From contig JABIHN010000016.1 of assembly GCA_018649625.1 (NCBI GenBank), positions 23,734 through 87,733 on the forward strand: DNA of 64,000 bases, written 5' to 3'. Within the stretch, counting starts at the first letter, position 1; the number at the start of each line of letters is the position of its first letter. The position numbers were made by a program, and so were the translations under genes. Positions 7,910 through 19,741 of this stretch are shown here, piece after piece. Below the pieces are notes generated by a model that had not been told where the DNA came from, did no database searches, and saw nothing but the letters and a program-made list of their open reading frames with translations. Source of the stretch: Fidelibacterota bacterium. Its GTDB lineage: Bacteria > Fidelibacterota > Marinisomatia > Marinisomatales > UBA1611.

Positions 7910-10753
7910 ATGCCAAAACCAACTGATAAGATAATAATTAAAGGCGCTCGCCAACATAATCTCAAAAATATTAATATTGAGATTCCCCGGGATAAATTTG
8001 TGGTCATTACAGGATTATCTGGTTCTGGGAAATCGTCTCTTGCTTTCGACACAATCTACGCAGAAGGCCAGCGTCGATATGTAGAATCACTTTCATCTTA
8101 TGCTCGACAATTCTTGGGGTTAATGGAAAAACCCGATATGGATGGCATTGAGGGATTGTCTCCCGCTATTTCTATTGAACAAAAAGCCACCGCAAGGAAT
8201 CCTCGGTCTACGGTAGGAACGGTGACTGAAATTCATGATTATTTGCGATTACTTTATGCCCATATTGGAACGCCTCATTGTTGGAAATGTAAAAAACCAA
8301 TTCAAAAACAAACGGTTCAGCAAATAGTTGATATAGTAAGAAAATTTAAATCTGAAACTAAAATTCATATTTTAGCACCTTTAATCCGAGGAAGAAAAGG
8401 TGAACATAAAGGTGTTTTAGATGAAATAAAAAAAGAAGGATTTCTTCGTGTTCGCATTGATGGTGAAGTTATGACTATTGATGATAAAATTATTTTAAAT
8501 AAAAATAAAAAACATACCATTGAAGTTGTGGTTGATCGACTCATAATGAGATCTAATATTCATGAACGCCTAACTGAGTCTATCGAATTAGCATTAAAAA
8601 TTGGGAACGGTATTATCGTAGTTAATGAATTGCCCAATAAGGAGCATTTATTTTCTGAACACTTTGCTTGTCCTGCTTGTGAAGTTTCTATGGAAGAATT
8701 ATCACCTCGGATGTTTTCATTTAATTCTCCTTATGGTGCTTGCCCTAAATGTGATGGATTAGGGGCTCAAATGGAAGTCGATCCAAATTTAATTGTACCG
8801 GATAAATCTAAAAGTTTAATACAGGGTGCAATTTTATCCTTAGGGGAGCAGCCTCGTGGAAATTGGTATGGAAGTATGCTGAAAAGTTTAGCTCGAGTTT
8901 ATAATTTCAACTTTACCACGCCATGGATTAAACTGGATCCAGAAGTGCGTCAGATTTTACTATTTGGAACTGGTGATAAAAAAATTAAGATGCAATATAA
9001 TTCTAAAAGATGGAGCGGTACTTATTCTGGTGGTTGGGAAGGTGCGATTCCAAATTTAATGCGGCGATACACTCAAACAAAATCGGCTGGAATTCGCAAT
9101 TGGATTGAGCAATATATGAGTATGCGTCCTTGTTCCAGTTGTAAAGGAGCCCGTCTTCGCAAAGAAACACTTGGTGTTAAAATAAATCAGAAAAACATTG
9201 GGCAAATTTCTGCTCTCTCGATCCAAAATTTAAGTGCCTTTTTTCAAAATATAGAATTGACGAAAATGGAACATAAAATTGGAGATCAAATATTAAAAGA
9301 AATTGATCAACGATTGAGTTTTTTGGTAAATGTTGGTTTGAATTATCTAACACTAGACCGAACTGCCACCACACTTTCTGGCGGAGAATCTCAGCGAATT
9401 CGTCTTGCAACACAAATTGGCTCTCAACTAATGGGAGTTCTATATATTTTAGATGAACCATCTATCGGACTTCACCCTCGAGATAATAATCGTTTACTCA
9501 ATACATTAAAATCTTTACGAGATATTGGGAATTCAATCTTAGTTGTAGAACATGATCAAGAAACAATTGAAGCAGCAGATTATGTAATTGATTTGGGTCC
9601 CGGTGCGGGAAAGTACGGCGGAGAAATCACTTTTGCCGGTACTCCAAAACAATTGCTTAAATCTAAGACGTCTCTCACCGGAAAATATATTTCAGGTAAA
9701 AAACAAATTAAAATTCCCAAAGTTCGACGAAAACGGTCAAGCAATTTTTTATCATTGAAGGGAGCCACGGGAAATAATTTGAAATCCATTGATGTGGATT
9801 TTCCTTTAGGACGGTTTATTGCAGTAACAGGTGTGTCTGGAAGCGGAAAAAGCACTTTGGTGAATGAAACATTATTGCCGGTGCTTGCAAAGGAATTAAA
9901 TCGGGCAAGGACTTTTCCTTTGGGATATGAATCTATTCAGGGAATAAAGTTTTTGGATAAAGTTGTTGATATTGACCAGAAGCCAATTGGTCGAACGCCA
10001 AGATCTAATCCTGCAACTTATACAGGTGTGTTTACTTTTATTCGTGATTTATTTGCAAAACTTCCAGAATCTAAAATTAGAGGATATAAACCGGGACGCT
10101 TTTCTTTTAATGTAAAAGGAGGTCGGTGTGAATCGTGCTCTGGGGATGGAATAATTAAAATTGAAATGAACTTTCTTCCGGATGTATATGTGACGTGTGA
10201 AGTTTGTGAAGGAAAGCGATATAATCGAGAAACATTAGAAGTGAAATATCGAGGAAAAACAATTGCTGAGGTGTTGGATATGCCTGTATCTGAAGCGTTA
10301 GAGTTTTTTAAAAGTATTCCACCTGTCTTTAAAAAATTGCAAACTTTAAATGATGTAGGATTGGGATATATTCATTTGGGACAACAAGCCACAACGCTTT
10401 CTGGTGGGGAAGCACAACGAGTAAAATTAGCAACAGAGCTTTCTAAAGTTTCATCTGCACGAACACTCTATATTTTAGATGAGCCAACAACAGGTTTGCA
10501 TTTTGAAGATATTAAAATGCTCCTACATGTGCTTCAGCGATTGGTTGAAAGAGGTAATACTGTTTTAGTTATTGAACATAATCTGGATGTAATTAAAACA
10601 GCAGATTGGATAATTGATTTGGGGCCGGAAGGGGGCGATAGAGGTGGAAGTGTTCTTGCGATAGGTACACCAGAAGACATTACAAAGGAAGAAGCATCTT
10701 ATACCGGTTCATTTTTAAAAGAAATTTTTAATACAAAGAAAATTTCTAAATGA
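7910..10753 (+). CDS. uvrA: Excinuclease ABC subunit A
   Basis: Two ABC ATPase modules ([18 protein letters not shown]), LSGGE signatures and CxxC zinc fingers. Confidence 0.99.
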   Translation: MPKPTDKIIIKGARQHNLKNINIEIPRDKFVVITGLSGSGKSSLAFDTIYAEGQRRYVESLSSYARQFLGLMEKPDMDGIEGLSPAISIEQKATARNPRSTVGTVTEIHDYLRLLYAHIGTPHCWKCKKPIQKQTVQQIVDIVRKFKSETKIHILAPLIRGRKGEHKGVLDEIKKEGFLRVRIDGEVMTIDDKIILNKNKKHTIEVVVDRLIMRSNIHERLTESIELALKIGNGIIVVNELPNKEHLFSEHFACPACEVSMEELSPRMFSFNSPYGACPKCDGLGAQMEVDPNLIVPDKSKSLIQGAILSLGEQPRGNWYGSMLKSLARVYNFNFTTPWIKLDPEVRQILLFGTGDKKIKMQYNSKRWSGTYSGGWEGAIPNLMRRYTQTKSAGIRNWIEQYMSMRPCSSCKGARLRKETLGVKINQKNIGQISALSIQNLSAFFQNIELTKMEHKIGDQILKEIDQRLSFLVNVGLNYLTLDRTATTLSGGESQRIRLATQIGSQLMGVLYILDEPSIGLHPRDNNRLLNTLKSLRDIGNSILVVEHDQETIEAADYVIDLGPGAGKYGGEITFAGTPKQLLKSKTSLTGKYISGKKQIKIPKVRRKRSSNFLSLKGATGNNLKSIDVDFPLGRFIAVTGVSGSGKSTLVNETLLPVLAKELNRARTFPLGYESIQGIKFLDKVVDIDQKPIGRTPRSNPATYTGVFTFIRDLFAKLPESKIRGYKPGRFSFNVKGGRCESCSGDGIIKIEMNFLPDVYVTCEVCEGKRYNRETLEVKYRGKTIAEVLDMPVSEALEFFKSIPPVFKKLQTLNDVGLGYIHLGQQATTLSGGEAQRVKLATELSKVSSARTLYILDEPTTGLHFEDIKMLLHVLQRLVERGNTVLVIEHNLDVIKTADWIIDLGPEGGDRGGSVLAIGTPEDITKEEASYTGSFLKEIFNTKKISK

Positions 10754-10942
10754 AGGTTATTCAATTTTGATTAAAATTTGAATTATTACTCTGTTGATAT
10801 AAACGTTTCAATCTTCTTATTTTATTGCTATAAATTTATTTTTAATATTTAATCACTTTTTTTCTCTCTCTGTCTTTACGATGGCACTTTGAGATTGTAT
10901 CTTTAGAGTCAGTTTAGAACTGATTATCATCCAATTTAATTA

Positions 10943-11965
10943 ATGACAGAGATACATATAACCGACCCCACGCCGTTTGACGAGGACATTATTGTAGAAA
11001 AATCTCTTCGTCCATCTCAATTTGATGAATTCATTGGTCAAAAAGAATTAGTAGATAATTTGAAATTATATATAGAAGCATCCAATGCTAGAGGAGATGC
11101 TTTAGACCACGTTCTTTTATTTGGGCCTCCAGGTTTAGGGAAAACAACTTTAGCCAATATTGTTTCTAAAGAATTGAAGTCCAATATTAAACAAGCGTCG
11201 GGTCCTGTAGTTGAGCGAGCGGGTGACTTGGCTGGCCTGATTACTAATTTAGGTCATAGAGATGTTTTTTTTATTGATGAGATTCATCGGCTCAATGCCG
11301 TTGTAGAAGAGTATTTGTATTCAGCTATGGAAGACTTCTCCATAGATATTATGATTGATAAAGGGCCAAGCGCTCGAAGTGTTCAACTTACTATTGAGCC
11401 ATTTACATTAATTGGGGCAACAACAAGATTAGGGAATCTTACGTCGCCATTACGTGATAGATTCGGTGTTGTTCTTCGTGTAGATTATTATGAAGCGGAA
11501 GATTTATTTCACATTATTAATCGTTCTGCAGAAATACTGGAAGTAGAGATAGACGATGATGGTGCTATGGAATTGGCACGTCGAGCTCGTGGAACTCCTC
11601 GCATTGCAAATCGTATATTAAGAAGGTCTCGTGATTTTGCACAGGTGAAAGCATCTGGAAAAATTGATATTAATGTGGCAAAAGCTTCCTTGGAAAAATT
11701 AGGGATTGATGACATTGGATTAGATGATATGGATCGGAGAATTTTAGAAGTTATCATCGATAAATTTAATGGAGGTCCGGTGGGAGTTAAATCGCTTGCA
11801 GTCGCCATAGGAGAAGAAGCAGTCACAATAGAAGATGTATATGAACCATTCTTAATTAAGGAAGGGTTTTTACATAGAACAGCAAGAGGCCGAATTGCGC
11901 AAGAATCGGCCTATAAGTTATTAGGTAAAAAATTAATAAAGGATCAAAAGAGGTTATTTGAATGA
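10943..11965 (+). CDS. ruvB: Holliday junction helicase RuvB
   Basis: LRP...[21 protein letters not shown] and RGTPRIANR. Confidence 0.99.
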   Translation: MTEIHITDPTPFDEDIIVEKSLRPSQFDEFIGQKELVDNLKLYIEASNARGDALDHVLLFGPPGLGKTTLANIVSKELKSNIKQASGPVVERAGDLAGLITNLGHRDVFFIDEIHRLNAVVEEYLYSAMEDFSIDIMIDKGPSARSVQLTIEPFTLIGATTRLGNLTSPLRDRFGVVLRVDYYEAEDLFHIINRSAEILEVEIDDDGAMELARRARGTPRIANRILRRSRDFAQVKASGKIDINVAKASLEKLGIDDIGLDDMDRRILEVIIDKFNGGPVGVKSLAVAIGEEAVTIEDVYEPFLIKEGFLHRTARGRIAQESAYKLLGKKLIKDQKRLFE

Positions 11966-13014
11966 TTAATAAAAAGAAAAAATACAAACTGGGCGATTTC
12001 AATTATCGTCTTCCTAAAAAATTTATAGCACAAGATCCCGGATCTCGTAGAGACGGTTCAAAACTGATGGTAATTCATCGAGATACCGGAAAGATAGAGC
12101 ATCGGAGCTTTCCTGATATAACAGATTACATGCGGAAAAATGATTTGCTTATTCTTAACAATACAAAAGTTTTTCCTGCAAGGTTATTTGCGACCAAAGA
12201 TAGAACCGATGCAAAGGTGGAAGTCTTTTTACTTCGCGAATTAGCGAATGATCTTTGGGAAGTTATGGTAAAACCGGCTCGAAAAGTTCGAATCGGAAAT
12301 AAGCTGGTATTTAAAAAGAACCTTATGTGTGATGTGATTGACAATACTGTTTCTGGGGGTCGTGTAGTCCGATTTGAACATGACAGCGATAATCTTCATG
12401 ATATTATTGATAAAATTGGCATTCCCCCCCTCCCTCCCTATATTGATAGAGATGCTAATGCAAAAGATAAAAAGCGATACCAAACAGTATATGCATCAGA
12501 ACGCGGAGCAGTTGCTGCACCAACAGCTGGACTTCATTTTACCGATAAATTATTTGAAAAGGTAAAAAAGAAAGGTATAAAACTTGAAACAGTTACATTG
12601 CATATTGGGCTAGGAACTTTCCGCCCAGTTCAAGTTGAAGACCTAAATCGCCATCAAATGGATTCGGAATATTTCGAAGTATCTCCTAAAACATCCATGG
12701 CAATTAATCATGCTAAAAAACGGCATCACAAGATTATTGCCGTGGGAACATCCACAGTAAGAGCATTGGAAACCATTGCGATTTCTGGATATCAAGTAAC
12801 GCCAAAGCGGGGCTGGACAGATAAATTTATTTATCCTCCGTATCAGTTTAAAATGGTAGATAAGATGATTACCAATTTTCACATGCCTCAATCAACATTA
12901 TTTATGATGGTAAGTTCATTTGCAGATAGAAAGCTGATTAAAAAAGCATATTTAGAAGCCAAGAAAAATGATTATCGTTTTTTGAGTTATGGCGATGCCA
13001 TGATCATTGTTTGA
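11962..13014 (+). CDS. queA: tRNA preQ1 SAM ribosyltransferase-isomerase
   Basis: [30 protein letters not shown] and [10 protein letters not shown]. Confidence 0.98.
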   Translation: MINKKKKYKLGDFNYRLPKKFIAQDPGSRRDGSKLMVIHRDTGKIEHRSFPDITDYMRKNDLLILNNTKVFPARLFATKDRTDAKVEVFLLRELANDLWEVMVKPARKVRIGNKLVFKKNLMCDVIDNTVSGGRVVRFEHDSDNLHDIIDKIGIPPLPPYIDRDANAKDKKRYQTVYASERGAVAAPTAGLHFTDKLFEKVKKKGIKLETVTLHIGLGTFRPVQVEDLNRHQMDSEYFEVSPKTSMAINHAKKRHHKIIAVGTSTVRALETIAISGYQVTPKRGWTDKFIYPPYQFKMVDKMITNFHMPQSTLFMMVSSFADRKLIKKAYLEAKKNDYRFLSYGDAMIIV

Positions 13015-13032
13015 TAAAAACACCTATGTAAT

Positions 13033-13725
13033 ATGAAAGTATCTGTCATCATTCCAGCTGCTGGTTCTGGCCAAAGGTTTGGAGAAGAAAAACAATTTAA
13101 ATTGCTTGATGGACGACCCTTACTTTTTCACACATTGATTCCATTTTTAAGGTCAGACTCTATTGATGAAGTGATTGTCGTTGTGCCAGATGTTGATGTT
13201 CAATCAATGCATCGAGATCTTGTTTCGATTTCCGTTGGAAAACCAGTAAAGGTGGTGGCGGGGGGAAAGCGCCGACAGGATTCTGTAAAGAATGGTTTGA
13301 TTGCATCTAATCCAGATTCACAATTAATTTGTATCCATGATGCAGCAAGGCCATTTGTGACTGACAGCTTGATTAATAAAACTATAAATGCCTGCGAAAA
13401 ATTTGATGGTTCGGTGGTGGCAATTCCTGTTAGTGATACTGTGAAGTATGCTGAAAATGAAGTCATTGTGAAAACGCTTGATCGTGAAAATATTTGGCTG
13501 GCACAAACACCTCAAACATTCAATAAAGAAAAATTACTTCAAGCATTAGATAATGCTGAAACAAACCCATTGACTGGAACAGATGAATCCGTTCTTATGG
13601 AAGCCATGGGATTCTCGATTCAACTGGTGGAAGGACATCCGAATAATTTTAAAATCACAACAAAAGATGATTGGGGACGGGCTGAAGATTTTGCCGCGCG
13701 TCAAACTCAAGGCATAGCATTATGA
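13033..13725 (+). CDS. ispD: MEP cytidylyltransferase
   Basis: PAAGSGQRFG, HDAARP, QTPQ and NFKITT. Confidence 0.97.
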   Translation: MKVSVIIPAAGSGQRFGEEKQFKLLDGRPLLFHTLIPFLRSDSIDEVIVVVPDVDVQSMHRDLVSISVGKPVKVVAGGKRRQDSVKNGLIASNPDSQLICIHDAARPFVTDSLINKTINACEKFDGSVVAIPVSDTVKYAENEVIVKTLDRENIWLAQTPQTFNKEKLLQALDNAETNPLTGTDESVLMEAMGFSIQLVEGHPNNFKITTKDDWGRAEDFAARQTQGIAL

Positions 13726-14195
13726 CCCGGACCGGAATCGGATATGATGTTCACCAATTAGCTGATGGTGAAAAACTTATCATCGGCGGTGTAGAAATTC
13801 CATCGCCTATTGGCTCCGTGGGACATTCAGACGGTGATGCATTGATTCATGCTGTAGTAGATGCTCTTTTGGGTGCCGCAGCTTTGGGCGACATTGGTCA
13901 ATTTTTTCCCAGTGAAGATGAAACTTGGAAAGGCGCTTCAAGTAGTCATTTTTTGGCTGATACTGTAAAAAGAATCGGTGATGCAGGATTTAGCATTAAT
14001 AATGTGGATGCCACCATCATTCTCCAAACACCAAAATTGGCAGAATATATTTCTCAAATGAAATATAACCTGGCCTACTCTATGCAAGTTGATGAATCAC
14101 AAGTGTCGGTGAAGGCAACCACAACAGATCGTCTTGGTTTTGTAGGCGATGGCTCGGGGTGGGCGGTGCAAGCAGTGGCGACACTTATAGTTTAA
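13722..14195 (+). CDS. ispF: MECDP synthase
   Basis: GIGYDVH, GHSDGD, DIGQFFP and SVKATT. Confidence 0.98.
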   Translation: MTRTGIGYDVHQLADGEKLIIGGVEIPSPIGSVGHSDGDALIHAVVDALLGAAALGDIGQFFPSEDETWKGASSSHFLADTVKRIGDAGFSINNVDATIILQTPKLAEYISQMKYNLAYSMQVDESQVSVKATTTDRLGFVGDGSGWAVQAVATLIV

Positions 14196-14224
14196 TTCAA
14201 TAAAATCCTTTAATTTCTGTGGCG

Positions 14225-15391
14225 ATGAAGCCCAAGCCTATAATCACGATATTCATTATTGTTTTTAGCACCATATTTTCTTTAAACAGTTGTAAAAAAG
14301 ATTTTGATGAAGAAAATATTCTGAATCTTGATGCATTAAATGGGATTATTTTGGATGCTGAATCGAATTTACCCATTGCAGGTGTTATCGTCCGTTTTTT
14401 GAATTCTGATTATAAAGATACAACAGATCCAAATGGTGTATTTTCTTTTGGAGAAATAACAGTAGAAGATTCTCGACTTTTACTTAAGTCCGATTACTAC
14501 TCAAGAGACACAATCCAAATCAATCAAGAACAGGAAGACACATTAAGTATTGTAATGGAACTCAAACCTCGGTATTCCTGGAAAATTCAAGGGAATATTG
14601 TCTTAGAAAACCAGGAAGAATATAGTAACGGACTTGCATTTATTGCCGGTCCACATATTGCCACATTAACAGATTCGGCCGGTTTATATCAATTTTCCAT
14701 GTGGGAAGCAGATTCTGTATATACCGGTGCTGCAACCCTGTTTTTCTATCTCGAAGATTATTGGATAAAGACTTACGAAATTTTTTTAGAAAACGGCATT
14801 CCGGTGCTTGATACGCTGGATGTAGATGAGAATGGAACCTTGCTGGCAGAAAATCTAATTCAGATTTTTCAAGTTGACTTTTGGGCAGATGATTCGATTT
14901 ATACTTTTGGAGATTCTATCCATTATACCGTAAGTATTACCAATCCGTCAGACATTAACATTATAACTCTGGAAATCCCCATAACTGAAAGTAATGGGTT
15001 TGATTTTTACAGACATGTGGCTCTTTACTCTAATTCAACCTCTTGTGATTGTAGTATTCCAGATGGATTTCAAGAATGGACTTCAAGTATTTTTCCACAA
15101 CGCACGACTATGATTATTGATAAAGTAGGCGTCATCCCTGATTCGTGCAATTTAACCGGAAATTTTAATTTTGGATGTCCCGATACAGGTGATTTATTCC
15201 CTTTACCAATTGGCGTATACGATTTAGGGATTTATTTTAAACCTTGGTATTCTGGCTCGAATACATTTCAAAAAGTTCTTAATTTTGTAAAAGAAGATTG
15301 GTTTACAAAAGGATTTAATCAACGGCTTGATGGTAGGTCAAACATGTTCCCGAGTAAGTTTAAATTTCATCAAATTGAAATCACAGATTAG
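14225..15391 (+). CDS. Putative surface lipoprotein, paralog 1 (carboxypeptidase-regulatory-like beta domains)
   Basis: Lipobox LNSC followed by KKDFDEE; GIILDAESNLPIAGVIV...TDPNGVFSF motif; aligns by eye with 16034..17170. Confidence 0.7.
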   Translation: MKPKPIITIFIIVFSTIFSLNSCKKDFDEENILNLDALNGIILDAESNLPIAGVIVRFLNSDYKDTTDPNGVFSFGEITVEDSRLLLKSDYYSRDTIQINQEQEDTLSIVMELKPRYSWKIQGNIVLENQEEYSNGLAFIAGPHIATLTDSAGLYQFSMWEADSVYTGAATLFFYLEDYWIKTYEIFLENGIPVLDTLDVDENGTLLAENLIQIFQVDFWADDSIYTFGDSIHYTVSITNPSDINIITLEIPITESNGFDFYRHVALYSNSTSCDCSIPDGFQEWTSSIFPQRTTMIIDKVGVIPDSCNLTGNFNFGCPDTGDLFPLPIGVYDLGIYFKPWYSGSNTFQKVLNFVKEDWFTKGFNQRLDGRSNMFPSKFKFHQIEITD

Positions 15392-15404
15392 AAAGGAGTC
15401 AGTC

Positions 15405-16034
15405 ATGAATTGGAGATATTTCATAATTACAATATTATTATCAAATGGATTAAGCGGAGGAAGTATTCACTCTGAAGTCCCTATTAATTATGTGGATGGT
15501 GAAAGGTATTCAACGCTCATTTATTTTAAACTTTATTCTGACAGTTTGATAGAAAAAGGTAGCAAAACATTAGTTCTTAATTCAAACAATTCTGATGGTT
15601 TAAAATTGATTTCCTATTTTAATAAAAATAATCCTTCATTAGTTTCTTATAAATTGCGAGTTATAGATGAACTCGATCAATATTCACTGTTTACACCTGA
15701 AGAAGGAATAAGGTTTAATCCATTCCCAAGAATTACTGCTGATTCAATTAAAGTAAAATTAGGTAATAATTTTTCAATTTCACCAAATCCGTTTAATAAT
15801 TCAATTGAAATTCAATGGGATAAGAACAATTACAATTTTGAAATTGAAATACACAATATCCTTGGAAAAAACATATGGAGTTATACCCCCAAAAATTATA
15901 CGAGTTCGGTTCATTGGAATGCCATTGATGAAAAGGGGAATGAAGTTCCGACTGGAATTTATTTTCTAAATGCTCGCGGTATGAATGGTGGTAAGAATAT
16001 TCATTACAGGGAAAAACTTCTGCTTTTGAAATAA
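15405..16034 (+). CDS. Small secreted protein with T9SS type-A/FlgD-like C-terminal sorting domain
   Basis: AAGGAG before ATG 15405; signal peptide; SPNPFN...IHNILGK...WNAIDEKGNEVPTGIYF...KLLLLK C-terminus. Confidence 0.8.
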   Translation: MNWRYFIITILLSNGLSGGSIHSEVPINYVDGERYSTLIYFKLYSDSLIEKGSKTLVLNSNNSDGLKLISYFNKNNPSLVSYKLRVIDELDQYSLFTPEEGIRFNPFPRITADSIKVKLGNNFSISPNPFNNSIEIQWDKNNYNFEIEIHNILGKNIWSYTPKNYTSSVHWNAIDEKGNEVPTGIYFLNARGMNGGKNIHYREKLLLLK

Positions 16035-17170
16035 TGAAACAATTTTATAAATTACCTTTTCTATTCTTGTTTATTTTTGTTATTACTTGTAGCGATGATT
16101 CAGATGATAAGGAAGAGAACGTTGTTTATTCCGATATTGTGGGCGTTATTAAAGAAATAGGAACAGGATTTCCAATTGAAAATATTTCTGTCAATATTGT
16201 TGAAGAGGGTATCATTAAATCCACCAATATTCATGGTATTTTCAGGATGGATTCTGTGAGTAGTTCGGTTCTAAATCTGATTTTTACCTCATTCCATCAT
16301 GCATCAGATTCCATTCAAGTTTCTTTGCCTATGGAAGATACAATTTTTATAGAGTTAGGGCTAAAATCGCAATTTTCTTGGTCTGTTTCGGGAAACCTTG
16401 TATTGGAAAACCAATCAGAACACAGCAATGCTTTGATATTTATTTCAGGTCCATATCTGGGTGTGGGCAGTGATTCTAGTGGGAATTATCAGTTAAACAT
16501 GTGGGATGCAAGATCAGATTATCATGGCCCTGCAAAGGTTTATTATAAGTTACAGGATTATAAATTGGATAGCGCTAATCTTTTCATTGATAGCGGATAT
16601 GTTAAACTTGACACTTTAGATGTAGATAATAATGGGCAACTTCCTTTTATAGAATTATCCCAATTTTTGAGAGTAGAATCTTGGACAGATACAAGTATCT
16701 TTTCTCCTGGGGATTCCATTCATTATTATATGAAATTTTCAAATTTGACAAATGAAGAATTAAAAGTAAGTGTACCAATGCCCGGGGTGAGTAGGAGTAA
16801 TTATGCTCCGATATTCCTATATAGTGATTCGAGTCAAACTTTTTGGTGTACATTTCCATATTTTAATTTTTTTGGATTGTCCGAAGATGTAATGGACATT
16901 GCTCCAAATGAATCATTCACTATCAGTTTTATTGAATTAGTGTTAGATACGTGTCGTTTTGGGAATCGTATATTTCCAATTGAAATAGATGAATATGTTG
17001 TTACCATGGAATTTAATACACGCCCTCATTCTTGGTTTTTATTGCCAAATGAGCTAAATGAATTTATCAAATTTGATTGGTTTGAAATGTATTTGCATCG
17101 TGGCCTTTCCCCTCAATTTTATCGCTTCCCAAATAAGTTTGAATTAGGGCATATTCAAATTGTAGAATAA
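16034..17170 (+). CDS. Putative surface lipoprotein, paralog 2
   Basis: Lipobox VITC followed by SDDSDDKEE; shares GNxVLENQ, LDTLDVD, GDSIHY and DWF...FPxKF with paralog 1. Confidence 0.7.
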   Translation: MKQFYKLPFLFLFIFVITCSDDSDDKEENVVYSDIVGVIKEIGTGFPIENISVNIVEEGIIKSTNIHGIFRMDSVSSSVLNLIFTSFHHASDSIQVSLPMEDTIFIELGLKSQFSWSVSGNLVLENQSEHSNALIFISGPYLGVGSDSSGNYQLNMWDARSDYHGPAKVYYKLQDYKLDSANLFIDSGYVKLDTLDVDNNGQLPFIELSQFLRVESWTDTSIFSPGDSIHYYMKFSNLTNEELKVSVPMPGVSRSNYAPIFLYSDSSQTFWCTFPYFNFFGLSEDVMDIAPNESFTISFIELVLDTCRFGNRIFPIEIDEYVVTMEFNTRPHSWFLLPNELNEFIKFDWFEMYLHRGLSPQFYRFPNKFELGHIQIVE

Positions 17171-17172
17171 TT

Positions 17173-18012
17173 TTGAAACAAATTATTATTAAATCCCACG
17201 CCAAGGTCAATATTGGTCTCCAGATTCGAGAACAACGGCCTGACGGCTTCCATAACATACATTCTCTTTTCCAAGAGCTGGATTTCCATGATAGGATTAC
17301 GGTAGAAAAAAGAGTTGATGGTTGTGAATTTTCATCCAATGTTGATTGGCTGAAAAATGATGATTCCAACTTATGCGTAAAGGCGTGGCAAAAAATGGTG
17401 GATACTTTTGGGATTGGTGGTGTTTCTATTCAGTTAGAGAAAAGGATTCCCGCCGGTGGCGGATTAGGAGGTGGTTCTTCAAATGCAGCCACAATATTAA
17501 AAGGTCTCCGCCAGCTTTATGAATTGGATTTAAGCGATGATGAATTGGAATCGTTGGGCGTTGATTTAGGAGCGGATGTCCCTTTTTTTATTCGCGGTGG
17601 ATTACAATCAGGAAATGGTATTGGCGACATTTTGAAACCAATTGAGCAATCAATTAATGGTGTTTATCTTTTGGTGGTTCCTGATATCCATATAGATACT
17701 AAGTGGGCATATGATAATGTTAAAAACACTTTGGAGAGGTCGAAAGAGATTGTTAATTTTGCAGGCTTTTTACGAAAGGATCCAATTCCTTTTGAGCTTT
17801 TTGAGAATGATTTTGAAGCAATCGTTGTTCCAACATATCCAGAGATTGGAGAAATAAAGAATTCGTTACGAGCTTGTGGTGCTCGTTTCGCCAGTTTGTC
17901 GGGCTCAGGCTCGACTGTGTTTGGAATTTTTGATGAAGAAGCTGATGCTAAATCGGCTGAGTCACAAATTTCCTCTCTTTACAACACATTTATTACCCGT
18001 CCAATTTTTTAA
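17173..18012 (+). CDS. ispE: CDP-ME kinase
   Basis: AKVNIGL, KRIPAGGGLGGGSSNAA, GADVPFF and LSGSGS; TTG start. Confidence 0.97.
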   Translation: MKQIIIKSHAKVNIGLQIREQRPDGFHNIHSLFQELDFHDRITVEKRVDGCEFSSNVDWLKNDDSNLCVKAWQKMVDTFGIGGVSIQLEKRIPAGGGLGGGSSNAATILKGLRQLYELDLSDDELESLGVDLGADVPFFIRGGLQSGNGIGDILKPIEQSINGVYLLVVPDIHIDTKWAYDNVKNTLERSKEIVNFAGFLRKDPIPFELFENDFEAIVVPTYPEIGEIKNSLRACGARFASLSGSGSTVFGIFDEEADAKSAESQISSLYNTFITRPIF

Positions 18013-18035
18013 TTTGTAACAACACCCAATTTTAT

Positions 18036-18106
18036 TGGGGCGTAGTATAATGGTAGTACACCTGGTTTTGGTCCAGGCAGTTGGGGTTCGACTCCCTACG
18101 CCCCAG
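18036..18106 (+). tRNA. tRNA-Gln(TTG), CCA not encoded
   Basis: Acceptor TGGGGCG/CGCCCCA; anticodon arm CCTGG-TTTTGGT-CCAGG; T-loop TTCGACT; conserved ispE-tRNA-Gln-prs position. Confidence 0.95.
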
Positions 18107-18124
18107 CTTTGATTCATTCGAAAT

Positions 18125-19075
18125 ATGATTATGACAAATAAATTAAAAATATTCAGTGGTCGCAGTAATCCTGCTCTCGCACAAAAAATTGTCCAATCGC
18201 TTGGATGCGAACTTGGAGATATTTCTATTCGTACTTTTTCTGACGGAGAATTATGGATCAAGTTTCAAGAAAATATTCGCGGTCATGATGTATTTCTGAT
18301 TCAATCAACCAGTGGTCCATCAGAAAATATTTTAGAATTAGCCTTAATGGTAGATGCAGCTGTTCGTGCATCGGCAGATCATGTAACAGTTGTTATCCCG
18401 TATTTTGGATATGGTCGTCAAGATAGAAAAGACCAGCCACGTGTCCCTATTTCGTCTAGGGTTATGATTGATATTTTTACTGCAATGGGCGCAGATCGAA
18501 TTATTACAATGGATCTTCACTCAACTCAAATTCAAGGGTTTGCGAAAATCCCTTTTGATCATTTATATAGTAGAATGGTATTATTGGACGCGATTAAAAA
18601 TGAAGGATTGGATCCAAAAAGCACTGTTGTATTAGCACCGGATGTTGGGTCAGCAAAAATGAGTCAGGCTTATGCTAAAAGGCTTGGAATGCATTTTGCG
18701 TTAATTGACAAACGTCGGTATAAACATAATCAGGCTGAAGTAAGTTATCTCATTGGGGAACTAAAAGATATGGATGTTCTCATTGTAGATGATATGATAG
18801 ATACAGCAGGTACTACAGTAAATGCCGCAGAAGCTGCTATGGAAAAAGGTGCCAAATCTGTAACAGCTATTGCTACACATGCTGTGCTATCTGGTCCAGC
18901 GGTTGAAAGACTCAGTGATTCGAGTATTCGGAAAATTATTGTAACAGATACGATTGATATTCCCGAAGAAAAACAAATAGCTAAATTAGAAATCGTATCA
19001 GTAGGAAATATTTTTGGCGAAGCTGTCAATCGGATTCATAAGGGTGAATCTGTGAGTGCTTTGTTTGAATTTTAA
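18125..19075 (+). CDS. prs: Ribose-phosphate pyrophosphokinase
   Basis: FSDGE, PYFGYGRQDRK and VDDMIDTAGT. Confidence 0.98.
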   Translation: MIMTNKLKIFSGRSNPALAQKIVQSLGCELGDISIRTFSDGELWIKFQENIRGHDVFLIQSTSGPSENILELALMVDAAVRASADHVTVVIPYFGYGRQDRKDQPRVPISSRVMIDIFTAMGADRIITMDLHSTQIQGFAKIPFDHLYSRMVLLDAIKNEGLDPKSTVVLAPDVGSAKMSQAYAKRLGMHFALIDKRRYKHNQAEVSYLIGELKDMDVLIVDDMIDTAGTTVNAAEAAMEKGAKSVTAIATHAVLSGPAVERLSDSSIRKIIVTDTIDIPEEKQIAKLEIVSVGNIFGEAVNRIHKGESVSALFEF

Positions 19076-19090
19076 TTAGGAGACAAATCG

Positions 19091-19741
19091 ATGGGATCAT
19101 CGTATTACAAACTAAACATATTAGAAAGAACTCTTACTAGGACAAAAGCTGCGAAAGTGCTTCGACGAGAAGGGTTTATTCCCGGTGTTTTGTATTATGC
19201 CGGAGCAGAAAATGTAAAATTTTCAATTGATAAACTAGTATTGTACCATGCATTGCAGTCTGGACAACGTATTTATGAAATCGACCATGATGGCGATGTA
19301 CAGTTTACCATGATTAAAGAATTGCAATATCATCCAGTTACCGATGAAATCATTCATATTGACCTTATGCGTGTGCGTCGATCAGAAAAAATAACTATTT
19401 CAATTCCTCTAGTGTTAATCGGAGAAGCAATTGGTATAAAGGAAGGTGGAATACTATCACAGGCCCTAAATCAAGTGGAAATCAGTTGTTTTCCAACGGA
19501 TGTTCCTGAGACAATTGAATTGAATATTGATGATTTAGAATTAAATGCTTCTAAAAGCGTTGCAGATATTTCCATTAATAATGAAGATATAGAAATTCTG
19601 TCATCAAGCGATTTGAATGTCGCTTCAATTCATCCGCCTGCAGTTGAAGAAGAACCGGATGATGAGTTGGATGAAGAAGAAACTGAAGGTGAAACTGAAG
19701 ACAGCAAAGAAGGTTCAGGAGACGATTCGAAAGAATCATGA
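19091..19741 (+). CDS. rplY: 50S ribosomal protein L25/Ctc (long form, acidic tail)
   Basis: LRREGFIPGVLY and QYHPVTDEIIHIDL; prs-rplY-pth synteny. Confidence 0.95.
   Translation: MGSSYYKLNILERTLTRTKAAKVLRREGFIPGVLYYAGAENVKFSIDKLVLYHALQSGQRIYEIDHDGDVQFTMIKELQYHPVTDEIIHIDLMRVRRSEKITISIPLVLIGEAIGIKEGGILSQALNQVEISCFPTDVPETIELNIDDLELNASKSVADISINNEDIEILSSSDLNVASIHPPAVEEEPDDELDEEETEGETEDSKEGSGDDSKES

Noticed and set aside
10759-10923. Imperfect palindromes between uvrA and ruvB (including TCAGTT-tag-AACTGA) as an SOS box
   Set aside because: They do not match the palindromes upstream of uvrA, and they are short and AT-rich.
14196-18110. ispF-ispE islet as a tRNA-integrated mobile element
   Set aside because: No integrase or transposase, no duplicated tRNA 3' end, and ispE lies between the islet and the tRNA.
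17962-18261. 99-aa minus-strand ORF
   Set aside because: It overlaps tRNA-Gln, the end of ispE and the start of prs on the opposite strand; spurious.
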